A DNA stretch of 64,000 bases from Octopus sinensis (Eukaryota): positions 33,675 to 97,674 of the forward strand of contig NW_021832867.1 of NCBI RefSeq assembly GCF_006345805.1. The letters run 5' to 3'. The notes beneath the pieces were generated by a model. The model was not told where the DNA came from. It worked only from the letters and a program-made list of their open reading frames with translations, and did not search any database. Shown here in pieces: positions 36,805 to 48,635 of the stretch. The position numbers and the translations under genes are program-made. Every line of letters begins with the position of its first letter. Position 1 is the first letter of the stretch.

Positions 36805-38636
36805 TCAGTCAAAACGCCTGGCAATGAAGGCATCGACGCCCCTGATGCTTTGATACCGTCTGAGGACACACAAGTCAACAAACCCCTCCAGGACAGTCAA
36901 CTCAGCAACCAATGCAACCTCGATCAGTGTCATCCTACCTCATCAGAATATCAGTAGAAACTTTTCAGCAGACTTGTGATATTTGTGGAGTCGATCCATC
37001 TCGGCGGGAGGGATATAGTCTACAAACCCTCCTTCATCGACATTCTCCAATATCATCTGAGTGTGGAGAGACACGAACAGCTCATACTGATCCTTGGAGG
37101 GTCTGAACTCGAGAGGACACCATACTTAATCTGTCTCGATATTTCCTCTCTCTCCCTCACCAGACTCTCCAATAATCTCCGCAATATATCCATACCCGAC
37201 CGACTAGTCCTCTCCAAATTGACAGAGAAGAGATAATTCACGTCCTCGGAGGTCGAATCAGGGGGGTCCGCCTAATCCACTCACCTCAGGGCATACTCGC
37301 ACTCGGATCAATCCTTCCCTATAGAGGAAGAGAAGGTCTCCTGTCAGGTCATTGGCACTGCAGAGAAGGGCTTGTTCTAGGTCTTGTTGGAGGAACAGCT
37401 CGTCGGGATGCAGACTGAGCACATTGAAAATAGTAGCAGCCTTTACTGACACCCGCCTTTCAATAAGCTTGAAACATATGTCGATTGATAGAAGGGAAAT
37501 CACTTTAAACACTTCTAAAATATATATAATAAACAAACCAGGTCTGTAAGAGTCATTGAAGTGGTCCCCGACAACGAATCCAAACTACATTCAATAAGTA
37601 AGGACAACAGGAATGGAGGTCAGAGAATCAATGGCAGTGCGTAGGGCATTCGAGTTGGGAAATCCCGGGACATTGAAGAGATTCGCTGCCTCGAGGGCCT
37701 GGCCGAGAGACACACCCGACATTGGGAGTTGGAAATGTGGGTTTTTGGCGGATATGAGGGAGGACAGGACGAGTAGTCGATAGGCATTCGAGGCAGTCTT
37801 TAATCATTAGCCCAATCACCACCTCGGAGATCTTTGATTTGATGAATGAACACATTTTGTGTAGACATATCCACGAATTGAAGAAACTCCGATTTAGTGA
37901 CCATAAAGACTCCAGAGAATTATACTAATAAATTTATATTAATATTGGATTAGAATATGTTAAATATTAAATACATTTTTCTCAACAGGGTGTTCTTGTT
38001 GTGACATTAGTTCGTTGTGACTAAATTTGTCAAAAACTACAAAATAAGCTCTCTTATTACCTTGAATAGCTTCATTGATAGCAACAAGATTTGATTGGTA
38101 GAGATTACCAAAGAAAGAAGTAGTATCACGTCTCCTTTGCAAAAAACTGGATACCTCACCATCGTCTACGTGGGGCCCCTGACACCCCAGAAAACCAGCC
38201 TTTGTAAGCCAGCGAACATGCTCACACAACTCGTGTCTTTCCTCGGCATTCTTATTTCTCCTATACGACTTGACCAGGATTTGCAGTGGCGACAATTTCC
38301 CCTCCGAATGAGCACGTGGGCAACTGCCCTTCTGACTTCTCTGGGAGGGGGAGCGTTGAGGAGGGTGGTGTGGTGGAGAATCTTCTGTAGGAGGGATTGG
38401 AGGAGAGTTTGCATGTTTGGGACATGAAAAGTCTTTTCGTCGAGCATTTGAATAAGGTCCATGGAGAGGAGGATGGCGAGTGGGTTGTTCAGTTGGGGGA
38501 TGTGATGGCAGATCTTCTTTAGTTCTGATTTGGAGATGAATTTAGAGAGGGTTATTTCTCTCAGCACATCTGCCGTGTGGTCTCCGTGGTATCTTTGAGC
38601 CAGTCTGTGAATTAGGTTTTGTTCTGTCTGGGCCAT
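36805..38636 (-). CDS. POLR3C: RNA polymerase III subunit RPC3/RPC62
   Basis: MAQTEQNLIHRLAQRYHGD, GKLS, WSLNRSFF, AATIFNVL...QQDLEQ, NYLFSVNLE and DYIPPAEMDRL follow RPC3 in order. Introns are mostly 23-27 nt. One G-tract frameshift near 38300. Confidence 0.78.
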
Positions 38637-38819
38637 CACCACGATTCACACGTTATTTATTGTTATGTATTCGACAAGCTTAATTAAACTAATAAATAAA
38701 TATTTAAAAATCAGCCGTATCTACAAGATAATTGAATTATGTTAAATTAAAATAATTATTTGATACGATTCAATGTTATAATTAGGGGTGATCAAGTTAA
38801 TAGAGTTAAACTGTTTTTC

Positions 38820-39075
38820 ACATGTCATCGAGACCTCCACTGCTGCTCGCCGCACTTCGCTTTCGATGACAGTTGTCTTTGGAATATTTCCAGGAAGAAC
38901 GAATGAGCGGTAATCTTCTGAGGACGTATGTTTTCGTCTGATCTGCTCGAGAACTTCAGAACGGCAACGTCGCTAAAAACGACTTGCAACGCCGCCCGGA
39001 CGTCGCCTTCAAAAAGTTTACGATTTACTTTCTCTCCGAGTGTATCCGGATGTTTTGATTTCAAAACTTCCATTT
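38820..39075 (-). mobile_element. CRE-like RT N-terminal relic
   Basis: KLFEGDVRAALQVV...SSA.G motif typical of the CRE ORF upstream of RT. Confidence 0.6.
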
Positions 39076-39629
39076 TGTTATTAGATTGTATTTGGAAATC
39101 CTGAATATTTTTTTATCTTTGAGGAAAGGGAGTTTCCACGTATGCTACTTTCTTTGGTGTTCCGATGTTGTTCCTTTGACCCAGTGTAAGGTATCCCAAG
39201 TGCAAGCGGGGCAAAGCCGAAGAGTTTGAGCCAGTGATAATATGCGTCATGTTTTGTTCTTCCATCTTATAGACGTTTTCTAAGCATTTATTTGTTCGAA
39301 GAGTCTTTTTTTCTTTTTTCGTTTCTTTTCAGGATAAACTTTTGATGAAATTTTGCTTCCAATAAAAACCGCGATTGATATTTATATCAACGCGGAACTA
39401 GATTTTGTTAATCGTTCCTTCTTTTTTAATTTTTGTATCATTCTCTTCCATAACAACTTGTGTCTCTCGTAAATCATCCAATTCTTACATGAAGGGCCGC
39501 TTTGGCTTTTCTTGTAAACCTTTATATAGTAAGCAGACTATATTCCAAGCAAACTCATCCAGGGTGATACCTCTGGAGCTGTGCGTGTTATTTCGTCAAA
39601 CTCCTCTGTGATTCTTCGGTGTGATGCAT

Positions 39630-40200
39630 TTTTAAATTAACTATGGGCAAACACCCTCATGCCCCTGTTGATTTCCGTGCAACACGGTCGTTGGATCCGC
39701 TTTTGTCCACTCCGATCACTTCGTTTGAGGTCTAGACTGCTCTGGAGTCTTTTGCGTCTAGCAGCAGCGGCGGAATAAATTGCCTAAAGCCCACTCAGCT
39801 CGGCGATCTCCTGTCCTCATTAACCCACGAACCGAGAAGGGACAGGTTATCGTCTGTAACTCGTCTCTGCTCGCATATCGGGAAACATTTCAACCGTCGC
39901 CAAAGAGCTTCTTTTCTCTGCTGTGCTCATCGCCCAGTCGATGCCCGAAGACTGCAAATTTATCGTAAAGCTGGACGTTAGTAACGCTTTTAATTGCATG
40001 AACCACCTGCTCGAAGTGGTCTTGGTACGTTGCCCAGAGCTCTTCCAAATCGTACTCTTCCCTAAGCCTCTTCTTGTTCCATGATGAAATTATTATGTCC
40101 AAATGCGGTATTCAGCAGGGTGACCCACTGGCCCCTCTCTGTTTACCATATTGTATGGAACCTTACGTCCAATGTTAACCTCTGGTATTTGGATGACGTG
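39630..40200 (+). mobile_element. CRE-like RT relic
   Basis: VKLDVSNAFNCM, GIQQGDPL.PL and LWYLDDV motifs, with frameshifts. Confidence 0.75.
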
Positions 40201-40409
40201 AAGATTGGTAAACCCATAGAGGTCGCTATGGTTGTCTCCCATGTGGGAGTTAAATTAACTTGGGTAGCACCCGGAGCATACTTAGCCTCTTGTGATACTA
40301 AAGTGTGCACCACGCGTTTTTTTAACAGCAATGATGGCAGCCTTTTTTGGGATACACTTGATCCACTCCACCAGGTGTCTTGCATCTTAGTAAGAATTCG
40401 CTCATTTAA

Positions 40410-41420
40410 GTAGACGATGTTACTCAGTCCACCCCCTAGCTGTCAGCGAGACAAGTATAATCTTTCCTTATTGGCTGCCAACATGTCTAGTTCAAACAGG
40501 ATAAGGTAGTAGTTTAGCAATGAGATCGCATACTCGTTCAAGGCATGAAATAAGTTCCGTGCATTGAGGCGATTTTTGCATAACATTGCTGCCCACCTAC
40601 CACACCCTCCACTACACACTTTCTCGTTTCGGGTGTGATTAATGAGGCCGGACTCTCAACCACGCCAAGATACTTATACCCTTGGTGCTCCTCCAAAACT
40701 TTGACTAGGTCACCACACACAGGGTGTAAATGACCAACTTGTTGTAGTCTAGCTCCAGATCAATCCTTCATATAACGTTCCAAGATCGCCATATTCAATA
40801 GCCATAATAAGAAAAGTCAGTGGGAATTCTGACTGTAAGAAAAAACTGATTATCAGGTATACTCGTTCAGGGCTACTTTATTAGCGAACTGTAACCCAAA
40901 CTCACTCCAGCACAACCCATAAAGCGCAATACGGCTTAGGCCAAAATAAATGGCCCAACTCCAATAAAAACTCTGGAATCGATCCAGGTTCAAATGTAAA
41001 ATGTTCGCGCTGACACCGAGACTCATGACTTGAAAGCTTTTTCTGATAAACGAGATACAAATAGAGTCTTGCGCACGATCGCATAAGATATTGTACGATT
41101 AATGCATCTAATAGCGTTACTCCTAAGTTGCCACCGAGGTATCCTTCTGGTCACTCTGCGGCCCACAGGGGGACGCCACGATTCGCAGAGATATATCTAC
41201 TAACAATCTCATTAACTTGCAAAAGTAACATTAACTCGCTACTCTGGTTCTTGTGTTGTTCAGGGGGCATCCCGTAGGCGTAACCTCGGCGTCAGTTCTC
41301 CTCCGCGGGCCAAAAAGAGCACTGAAGGAGGTTAGGCCACCCATTCCTGGGAATCCTGGAGGCTCTTTCCAACACATGGGAAAGACCGGATTTAACCTAC
41401 GCTCCGGGTCGTGAATTAAA
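40410..41420 (-). mobile_element. R4/Dong-like retroelement, internally deleted, with a putative 5' region
   Basis: YKYLGVVE, ERLYLSR.QLGGG and SIPEFL..G motifs. The N-terminal part is homologous to 21828-21915. A GC-rich leader lies at 41140-41410. Confidence 0.7.
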
Positions 41421-42343
41421 TAAATTAATTAGTTATCCAGACAACCAGAAGGAGGTCCTCAGCTTTTCCATGTGATATTTAACCATTTTTTTAGTTATTA
41501 ATTTATTTTCTCATTTTCATTGTAGGTCTCACATCCTAAGTACACGTTGCAAGATTCCTCAGTTCAAGATAAAAAAGGTGTAGAGAATTCGAACAAGTTA
41601 AAATAGTCAACAACCGACAGGGACGATTTCCCTAAAAAATCAGGTGATTGGCTGGACACACGGGGAGAACATTTTCCGCGGAAACTGCCATTCAATAAGT
41701 AGCTCGATGTCGTTGAGGCGACCCTTAGGCTCTTGACTAGCCTTTCAGCCACTTACTTTAGTTAGCATCTAATTTTGTTCCTTAGTGTGTTTCTGTTGTT
41801 GGGCCATGAAGGCCTGCTCACCTTGCTGGCAGTAATCGATCAAGTCACCAATGCCGACAAGATTCATCAGGCCACAGAAGTGGTTTACTCTGCCAGGCAA
41901 AGATTTGGAAGGATTCGTCGCGGTGGATGGCCCCATATAACAAGGGCGTTCAATGAAAAGTTTCAGACTACTTAGTCAATATTGAATGTGAAGTCACTTG
42001 TGAGGACTTATTTCTGTCTGGGGAAACTCAGAAAAATATGTTTTTAAAAAACGGAAAATTCTCTCTTTGGAAATTGCTCAATTAGATTTAATGTGGCGCT
42101 CCATGCGGGTTACACCAATTTTAAGCGTTACACTTTGACCCTGAGACATGACAGTTGACGTTGACAGGTGACAGACTTCTTAAAAATTGAAATATCAATT
42201 TTAAACACCACATAGTAATTGTTCAAAAATGAAAATATAATTTATTATTTTATATAAACTTATAAAAAGAAAAAATAATATTATAAAAATAGAAATTATT
42301 TGTAAAAACTTATACTTTTACTCTATTCCAAAAAAACTTGATT

Positions 42344-42422
42344 CTAACCCAACCACACCCTAACCTTAACCCTAACCATTTTCTAATCCAAATCACCCTA
42401 TTCCTAACCATTTTCTAACCTT
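42344..42422 (+). repeat. Degenerate CCCTAA/CCTTAA telomere-like tract
   Basis: CTAACCC AACCACA CCCTAA CCTTAA CCCTAA CC ... CCTAACC ... CTAACC. Confidence 0.6.
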
Positions 42423-42499
42423 AATATCTTATCCGTAATTATATCTATTAAGCTCTATTAACATTAACATATCTATTAACATAACCTCATTTTGTAGTT

Positions 42500-43000
42500 T
42501 ATTTGCCAAGATGCTTTGTGTACAAGTTGAGCGTGTTCAGTGTTGCTTAATGGCGTGCTATTCTAGTAATATCATCGTTACACGAAACGGGGCTTAGACT
42601 TTGATGGCATATTTTATTTTCCAGACTAAAAGAGGGGTACATTAAGATACGCACTACATCAGCGTTGATCACCAAACAAGCATAATTCGCATACACATTG
42701 CTCGCCAATTCTTACATAGTTATTATCGAGAAAACTTCCAGACTAAAAGAGGGGTGCATTATTTTCAGGTCTAGCAGGTCCACCGAAACGAGTGGGGTGC
42801 GGCTGATCCAATATAGGTCTGAGTGTTTCCACTATAGCTTTACTGTAGACATCATCCCATTCCCATTGGCGTGAGGTGTTAGATGGAATGCCCAATATGG
42901 ATCCATGCCAGAGTTTACAAACTCTAGAAAATATGGGTCCTTTTTCAATCCGCGAAAGTTACGTAGATTTTGTTTGATTTAACCGCTATATTTATACTAT
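42500..43000 (-). mobile_element. Helitron Rep-Hel linker relic
   Basis: QWEWDDVYSKAI...P.LVWKF...LCKNW resembles the Helitron WD.AL.EA...P..LW.KF region. A 26-bp internal duplication sits at 42619-42644 and 42736-42761. Confidence 0.5.
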
Positions 43001-43064
43001 TATTCATAATTAGCACACTTGCATCTAATTATACTGAAGAATACAAAATAGTAAATTATTTTTT

Positions 43065-43370
43065 CCTAACCAACGTCCTCTGCTTATTAGGATCCCCAAC
43101 AATCTATTCCTGAGTAACCAATCCCTTCCTCAGCCGAACTTCCTTCACAACTTTATCACCCAGTCGATCATCTCCACGCCCCTCCCCCACAACCTCCCAA
43201 TGTGAGAACTTGAACTGACAACTACACATCCCCTCGTCCTACTTCTCATCTCCTCCTCAATCCCGAATGAATTGACCGTCGGAATATACCAATCACACAT
43301 AAACACACTCAGATCATACAAGTCCTCACTGACCACCCTCCCTCCTTTCCTCTCAATCACCCCTAGACTG
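43065..43370 (-). pseudogene. EFL1: EFL1-like (EF-2 family GTPase) domain V fragment
   Basis: VIERKGGRVVSE...YIPTVNSFGIEEEMRSRTRG...FSHWEVV...EVRLRKGL...IV. Only the C-terminus is present, with frameshifts. Confidence 0.7.
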
Positions 43371-43632
43371 TGTCGTCCTTGAAGCTGTAGTCATTTATGA
43401 ATATTTTAGCGTACTCAGTTGATAACTATGCTTCGAATGATTGCTTAGAATTTCATAATTTTGATTTAGAATCCTACAAGTTTCACAACATTGTTAACTA
43501 TACCCTATGTGGGAGGGGTTGTTCTTGGTTCAGATACAAAAGTGACGTATGATTTAAATACCCCCGACGAAAACTAGAATTAATTTTTTATTAACAAATC
43601 AGCAATGGCAATTTAATCAAAATATCCTAGAT

Positions 43633-43870
43633 CAGCGGTTCTCAAGAATTTTGAGCCAAGGGCCGCACAAATCAAATTTTTTAGTTATAGGGGCCGCACA
43701 TTTTTTGTCAAATTAATGAAGATAAAATATTTTTTATTTCAGTTTGAACGGAAGAAAATATATAGATTTTTGTTTTACTGTGTAAATGCAATTTAGAGTT
43801 GAATACTATCGCCGCACATTTTTATATAACTTACTGTATGAAATAATGAAAGAATTATAAACTTTAATAC
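43633..43870 (+). mobile_element. hAT/Buster left-end fragment
   Basis: CAGCGGTTCTCAA TIR (same family as the end at 13003), preceded by TCCTAGAT; subterminal GGGCCGCACA repeats. Confidence 0.7.
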
Positions 43871-43899
43871 AGTCAATTAATTAATAGAGAATTAATGTC

Positions 43900-44015
43900 G
43901 TGAACTTGAGGGTTAGTCCGACGACGAAGCACTGCGGATAGAGAGGCAGTTCCCGCGAAGAATTGCAACCGAGATGCGCTGGAAAAGCCAGCTCGTCTCC
44001 CTCCGGTCATTTGTA
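43900..44015 (-). mobile_element. Tiny CRE-like 3' fragment
   Basis: DRRETSWLFQRISVAILRGNCLSI. Confidence 0.75.
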
Positions 44016-44389
44016 TTCTGTGAGATTCTTCCTCCCACAACCCGTAACAGATTTTCTACCTTCTTTCCAACCACACCGAATTTATAAACTATTTAGTCAT
44101 ATTTTCAAAATCTCCCCATGCAGTTTTGTCTCCTGTAAACATTCAACAGAGACTTTGTATTTTTTCAGAATGCTGTTTTTTTCCAAGATTTAGCGATTCC
44201 TCTGACATTAAACGAAAGTAGCGAAAAAGGTGTTAGTTTCCTGCGCTTTTTAGACTCCAATTCGATATGAAACAATAAATTTTGTCTAATTTTTGTAACA
44301 TTTAATGTCTAAAAACGGCTGTTGCGAGTTTTAGGAAACAAAATTTTATCTATAAAAATCCAGTTTAATTTTTTGCACTATACAGACTC

Positions 44390-45250
44390 CACGGATGACC
44401 TCAAGGCAACAATTCAGGACGGCGTATCAGAAATATCTGGAATTACGTTGAATACTAAATTTGGAAAGACCACTATTGCCAACATATATGTTCCACCCCC
44501 TCAGTCTTGTCCAAAGAGATTCAATCCAAACTTCTCAAAGCTATCCAATTTAAAGAACCTTTTAATTTGCGGAGACTTGAACGCAAAGCATCCGACTTGG
44601 CTTAAATCCCAACGGGCAAGAGGATGGTCTCTATTGGAACAACCCTCTGCCATGTCTTTCCTTAACAATCCGAAGACCCACACTAGGACACCTTATAAGG
44701 ATACCGAACGCTTTACATCTCCGGACATTACACTATCCTCAACTAACTAATCCTCAGGGCAGTAGACTACGATCTTAATTCAGATCACAATCCAATCATG
44801 ATCAAAAAAGCCCTTCCCCGTACGAACAAAGCTATGTCCTTTTTCAATTACAAGAACGCAAACTGGGAGGGATATGCTAACTTCACCGACGCAATGCTGC
44901 AAAACTTTGATACTAAACTGTTCAAATCAATCAACGGAGCTGTCAAGTACCTAAATGAGGCGATCTTGCTGAGTAGAAAACTATTTATCCCAAAATGCAC
45001 TTACCATCACTTTGAAGAAAATCTCGACCAGGAGACAAAATCCTTATCAGGAAAAGAAACTTTCTTAAAAAGAATCCAATTTCTATTCCCGGAGGAAGAA
45101 AAGAAATAAAGAACCTAAATGATACAATCACTAAGAAACTGAAAGTATCCCAAAGAAGAAGATGGGAAAAACAAATCAAATCGCTTAGAAATGAAAAATC
45201 TGCCCAACGCATGTGGAACGCTCTCAAAAAGTTCAGACCCGCCAACTATT
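44390..45250 (+). mobile_element. APE-type LINE fragment (endonuclease and linker), paralogue of the 61822 element
   Basis: IANIYVPP, LLICGDLNAKHPTW, TSPDIT, SDHNPI and NYKNANWEGY. Confidence 0.85.
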
Positions 45251-45440
45251 GAACAGACTCCGAACAGAAAAGTCAACCTGAATTGAGTAAACTCATGAAA
45301 TTCTACGCCGGATTGGTTATGTTTGTATTGCCTGGGGATTATATATCAAAACAAATCTGCAAACGATCTCGAACCTACAGCGGAAGGCTGATAAGTCTAT
45401 CTTCAGTTTTACTGAACGGTTTATGAATAAATAAAATAAA

Positions 45441-46782
45441 TGTCACCGTCCAGATAGGTCGGGGCGCCAGATCGGTTATGTATAAAATTTTTAATAAAAA
45501 CTACCTTTCGGAAGTTATTTTCTTTTTCTGTTCATTCTTTTGTTGATTTTAATATTATTTTTGCCAAAATATTGAAGTTACTGAGTTCATAAAAAACCAA
45601 CATCCAGTCATTTCCGGATAATTACCGTATTGATTTTGCATTTTATTTAAAAACGCTTTAACCAAGGTTAGCCAAACAATTCTCAACAATAAAGTTTATT
45701 AGAAAAATCCATTTTTAATTTTTAAAAATGTTGTAAATTTCTATTTTTATCATTAAAACTCTAAAATACAATCCGGCCTACGGCCGGATGATTCAATGTG
45801 AATATTTTTCCCTATGCGGCCTTCGGCCGCGTCGAATTTGTAACAATGGCACAATTATTTCACAATTAAGTAAATATGACACGAGAAAAAACACAGAACG
45901 AACCCCATGAATATTTGCAGTTAAATTTTTTTTACTCTGCTAATATGTATCCTTTGGTCTTTTTCATCCTCTTCATTAATTATCGTTACGAGTTCTTGAT
46001 CCCTATTTTTCACAATATATTTTTGTGCAGATATCTCGTCGTATAATGGGTATTTTCTATAACCCGGGTTTGCATCCCCATCATGGCGTATTAAAATTTC
46101 ATCGCCACTTTCAACTTCGTCATATTTCCATTTTCTCCGCCTTTTCATTTTTTCTCCCGATTTTACAATATTTTCAAGGGCTTTGTTCCTTTTTTCACGA
46201 CCTCAGAATTTGTTAGTTTTTTATTGGTTTCTCCAAATCAGTTCCGAACAAGAGGTCAAAAGGCCTTTGTTTTGTTGTTTCGTGGACGGATTTATTGTAG
46301 TCTCTTGCTATTTTCTTCACGCATGTTTTATAGCATCCAAAATTTCCATTTGATGCACTCGTGGAGCCTAATTTAAATAAACAAATACACTACTTCAATG
46401 AATTTTAACTTAAGTTCAGTGTCTTCGATACAAAAAAACGCAACTTTGAGCCATTTTTAGAAATGTAGGTGTTGTTCTCCTTGAAACTAAATTTTTTGGC
46501 ATATCTCCGTATTCGTGCCCTTTCTTCTGAACTCAAGGAATCATAAAGGTGGCCTGATTCCAAATACTCCCTAATTTTTTCGAGGGTGTCTCGAGTTAAT
46601 TCAACTAAAACCATTGATTAATGCTAATCTTTTCAACTTTTTAGAACTTTTTTATTAATAAGATTTTATTTTTTATTATCAATATTTTTTTGCAATGAAA
46701 TGTTTTGTAGGAAAAATATTTGTTTTGTATTTAGATAATTGACCTGACCGATCTGGCGCCCCGGCCGGTCTGGACGGTGACA
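45441..46782 (-). mobile_element. Ginger-like DNA transposon (Gypsy-type integrase) with the catalytic core deleted
   Basis: 36-bp TIRs start TGTCACCGTCCAGA (3 mismatches), with ATAAA on both flanks. Protein pieces are IREYLESG...RIRRYAKKF (GIN1-like N-terminus), DYNKSVHETTKQRPFDLLFG and VESGDEILIR. Confidence 0.75.
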
Positions 46783-47149
46783 ATAAATAAATTTTATTTG
46801 AGACTGATCTTTATTTCTGTGGCCATTTCGAGTTAATATTCAAAGAAAGTTAGTCTGAAATTTTTTGTCCATTTTGCCAAGAAGTTAAGTTTTAGTAGTC
46901 TCTTGCATTTTCTTTGCGAGAAATGTTTGTGTTTGGATTTTTATCTGAATTTTCTTATTTAAAAACAATTTTTAACGTAATTTTTATCGAAGGTATCATC
47001 TTTTAGTTTTCGGTTTTTGTCAAGTTTTTCGCAATACAGTGGATTGTATTTTTAGCCTAAAATTTTAAATAACTTTCGTTGCACACATTGCATCACAGAA
47101 ATTAATTTTCTCTATATCTTCATCATTTTTATTCTCTTAATCCTTATCT

Positions 47150-47580
47150 TTATAGAACTCAATTGTTCTCAAAAATTCTTCATCATTGTTGTTGCAAATT
47201 TTATAGGTACAATTTTCATTATCATCTGAAACCGGAGAGTCTTCCTTAAAAGTAGAGTCATCTGGAGTGTCCTGATTGCCCAATTGTTAAATGCTTTTTC
47301 AATGCAATTCGTTACTGTTATTTTAATTTCATACCACGCTTCAATTATCAATGGTATTACATCAACTAGTTTAAAATTTCTGATTTTTTCATCTTTGAGA
47401 TCATTAGATGAAATTTTCGATAAAAAGTCAGCATGGCTTTCATATAAAAATACAGAATTGACTAATTGCTTTTGATATAGTACGAGATTTTTTTCAAATT
47501 TATTCTTAAAAAAATTAATCCATGTGTAAAATGCCGGTTTATGATAAAAGAAAATTCAAGTCGGATCAAATAATACAGCC
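47150..47580 (-). mobile_element. pogo/Tigger DDE C-terminal relic
   Basis: FKNKF...LVDVIPLIIEAWYEI..VTNCIEKAF. Confidence 0.6.
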
Positions 47581-47879
47581 GGTATTCGAAATAAAATATT
47601 GAAGATAAAATAGAAATGATGGTCTATGAGGTGAATCGGGACCAGAAGTTTAGTCCGGTTTTAAGGGAATTCCGATACACCGAAGAGTCAGTTTAGAGGG
47701 GTTTATCCTATTTGTTGTAGTTTTGCATAACCCCGCTCAGACATAGAGACTAGCAGCTATCAGAAACAGCAGCCCATTTCGGGATTAACTACAAAAAAAC
47801 CCACAACTACCGCCTTGTCAAATCGGATATTTTTAATGACGGCAATGGCGACATAACATGTTTCCAAATTGATTCAATT

Positions 47880-48200
47880 GAGTTTCAAAACAAATATATT
47901 CGGGAAAAAGTCTGATCTTCAGATGACTTGGAACCGCTTCTCGACCAACACAGACTGGCTTGTTTCCGTTCCGCCTGTCAGCCATACTCAGATTCCTAGC
48001 TTAATGTAATCCCTTCTCCGCTTTTGGATACTGTCCTCGATAGGGATTCACTCCGTTTGGGTATCTGCAATCTCTTTGGACTTCCTGTCTGCAAACCTCA
48101 CCCCTGCCGTTGTGGAGCTAAAGTTAACGCCTTTGGGCTCTGTTTTGTAGAATGAGTGCCGGCCGATTTCCCCGGCACACTGAAATTAACAATCTAATTA
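47880..48200 (+). mobile_element. CRE-like Zn-knuckle region relic
   Basis: LDRDSLRLGIC...PVCKPHPCRCGA...SAGRFPRH.EIN. Confidence 0.75.
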
Positions 48201-48206
48201 CGGAAT

Positions 48207-48635
48207 ATGTGGTCACTCCTGGCAAAAAGAAGGAGGCTCCGGGAGGGAATAGTCGACCAATGCCTAAGAAGCTGTGTCTTTAACTTATTCCAGCGAGTTC
48301 GAGGACATGGGACTCTTCAAAAAAGATGTTTTGATGTGTTTTGTGAGTTGTCCGAGGACAGGGGACTCTTAAAAGGGTATTTGTATGAAGAGAAGAGGAG
48401 ACTTAGTTCTACTATGACGACTCGTTTGCCCAGTAGGGGTGTGAGTGTCATTTGTAGCGGAGGAGTTAATCAGAGTATTCAAATGGTTAAGGAAAAGGAG
48501 CCGGATGCTCAAACACTTCCTTGGCAAAGGAGGACTCTTCATTTGAGTGATTCGCAGGTGTATGTCGTCGTTGAAAATAACCCTGAGAGTTCCCCAGAGG
48601 TACCCCACTATAAAATTTACGGGCTTCTTCTCTGA
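48207..48635 (+). CDS. Hypothetical ORF, 142 aa (possibly an orphan gene fragment)
   Basis: Open frame in a locally GC-richer, purine-rich stretch that resembles the other gene islands; no motif recognised. Confidence 0.35.
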   Translation: MWSLLAKRRRLREGIVDQCLRSCVFNLFQRVRGHGTLQKRCFDVFCELSEDRGLLKGYLYEEKRRLSSTMTTRLPSRGVSVICSGGVNQSIQMVKEKEPDAQTLPWQRRTLHLSDSQVYVVVENNPESSPEVPHYKIYGLLL

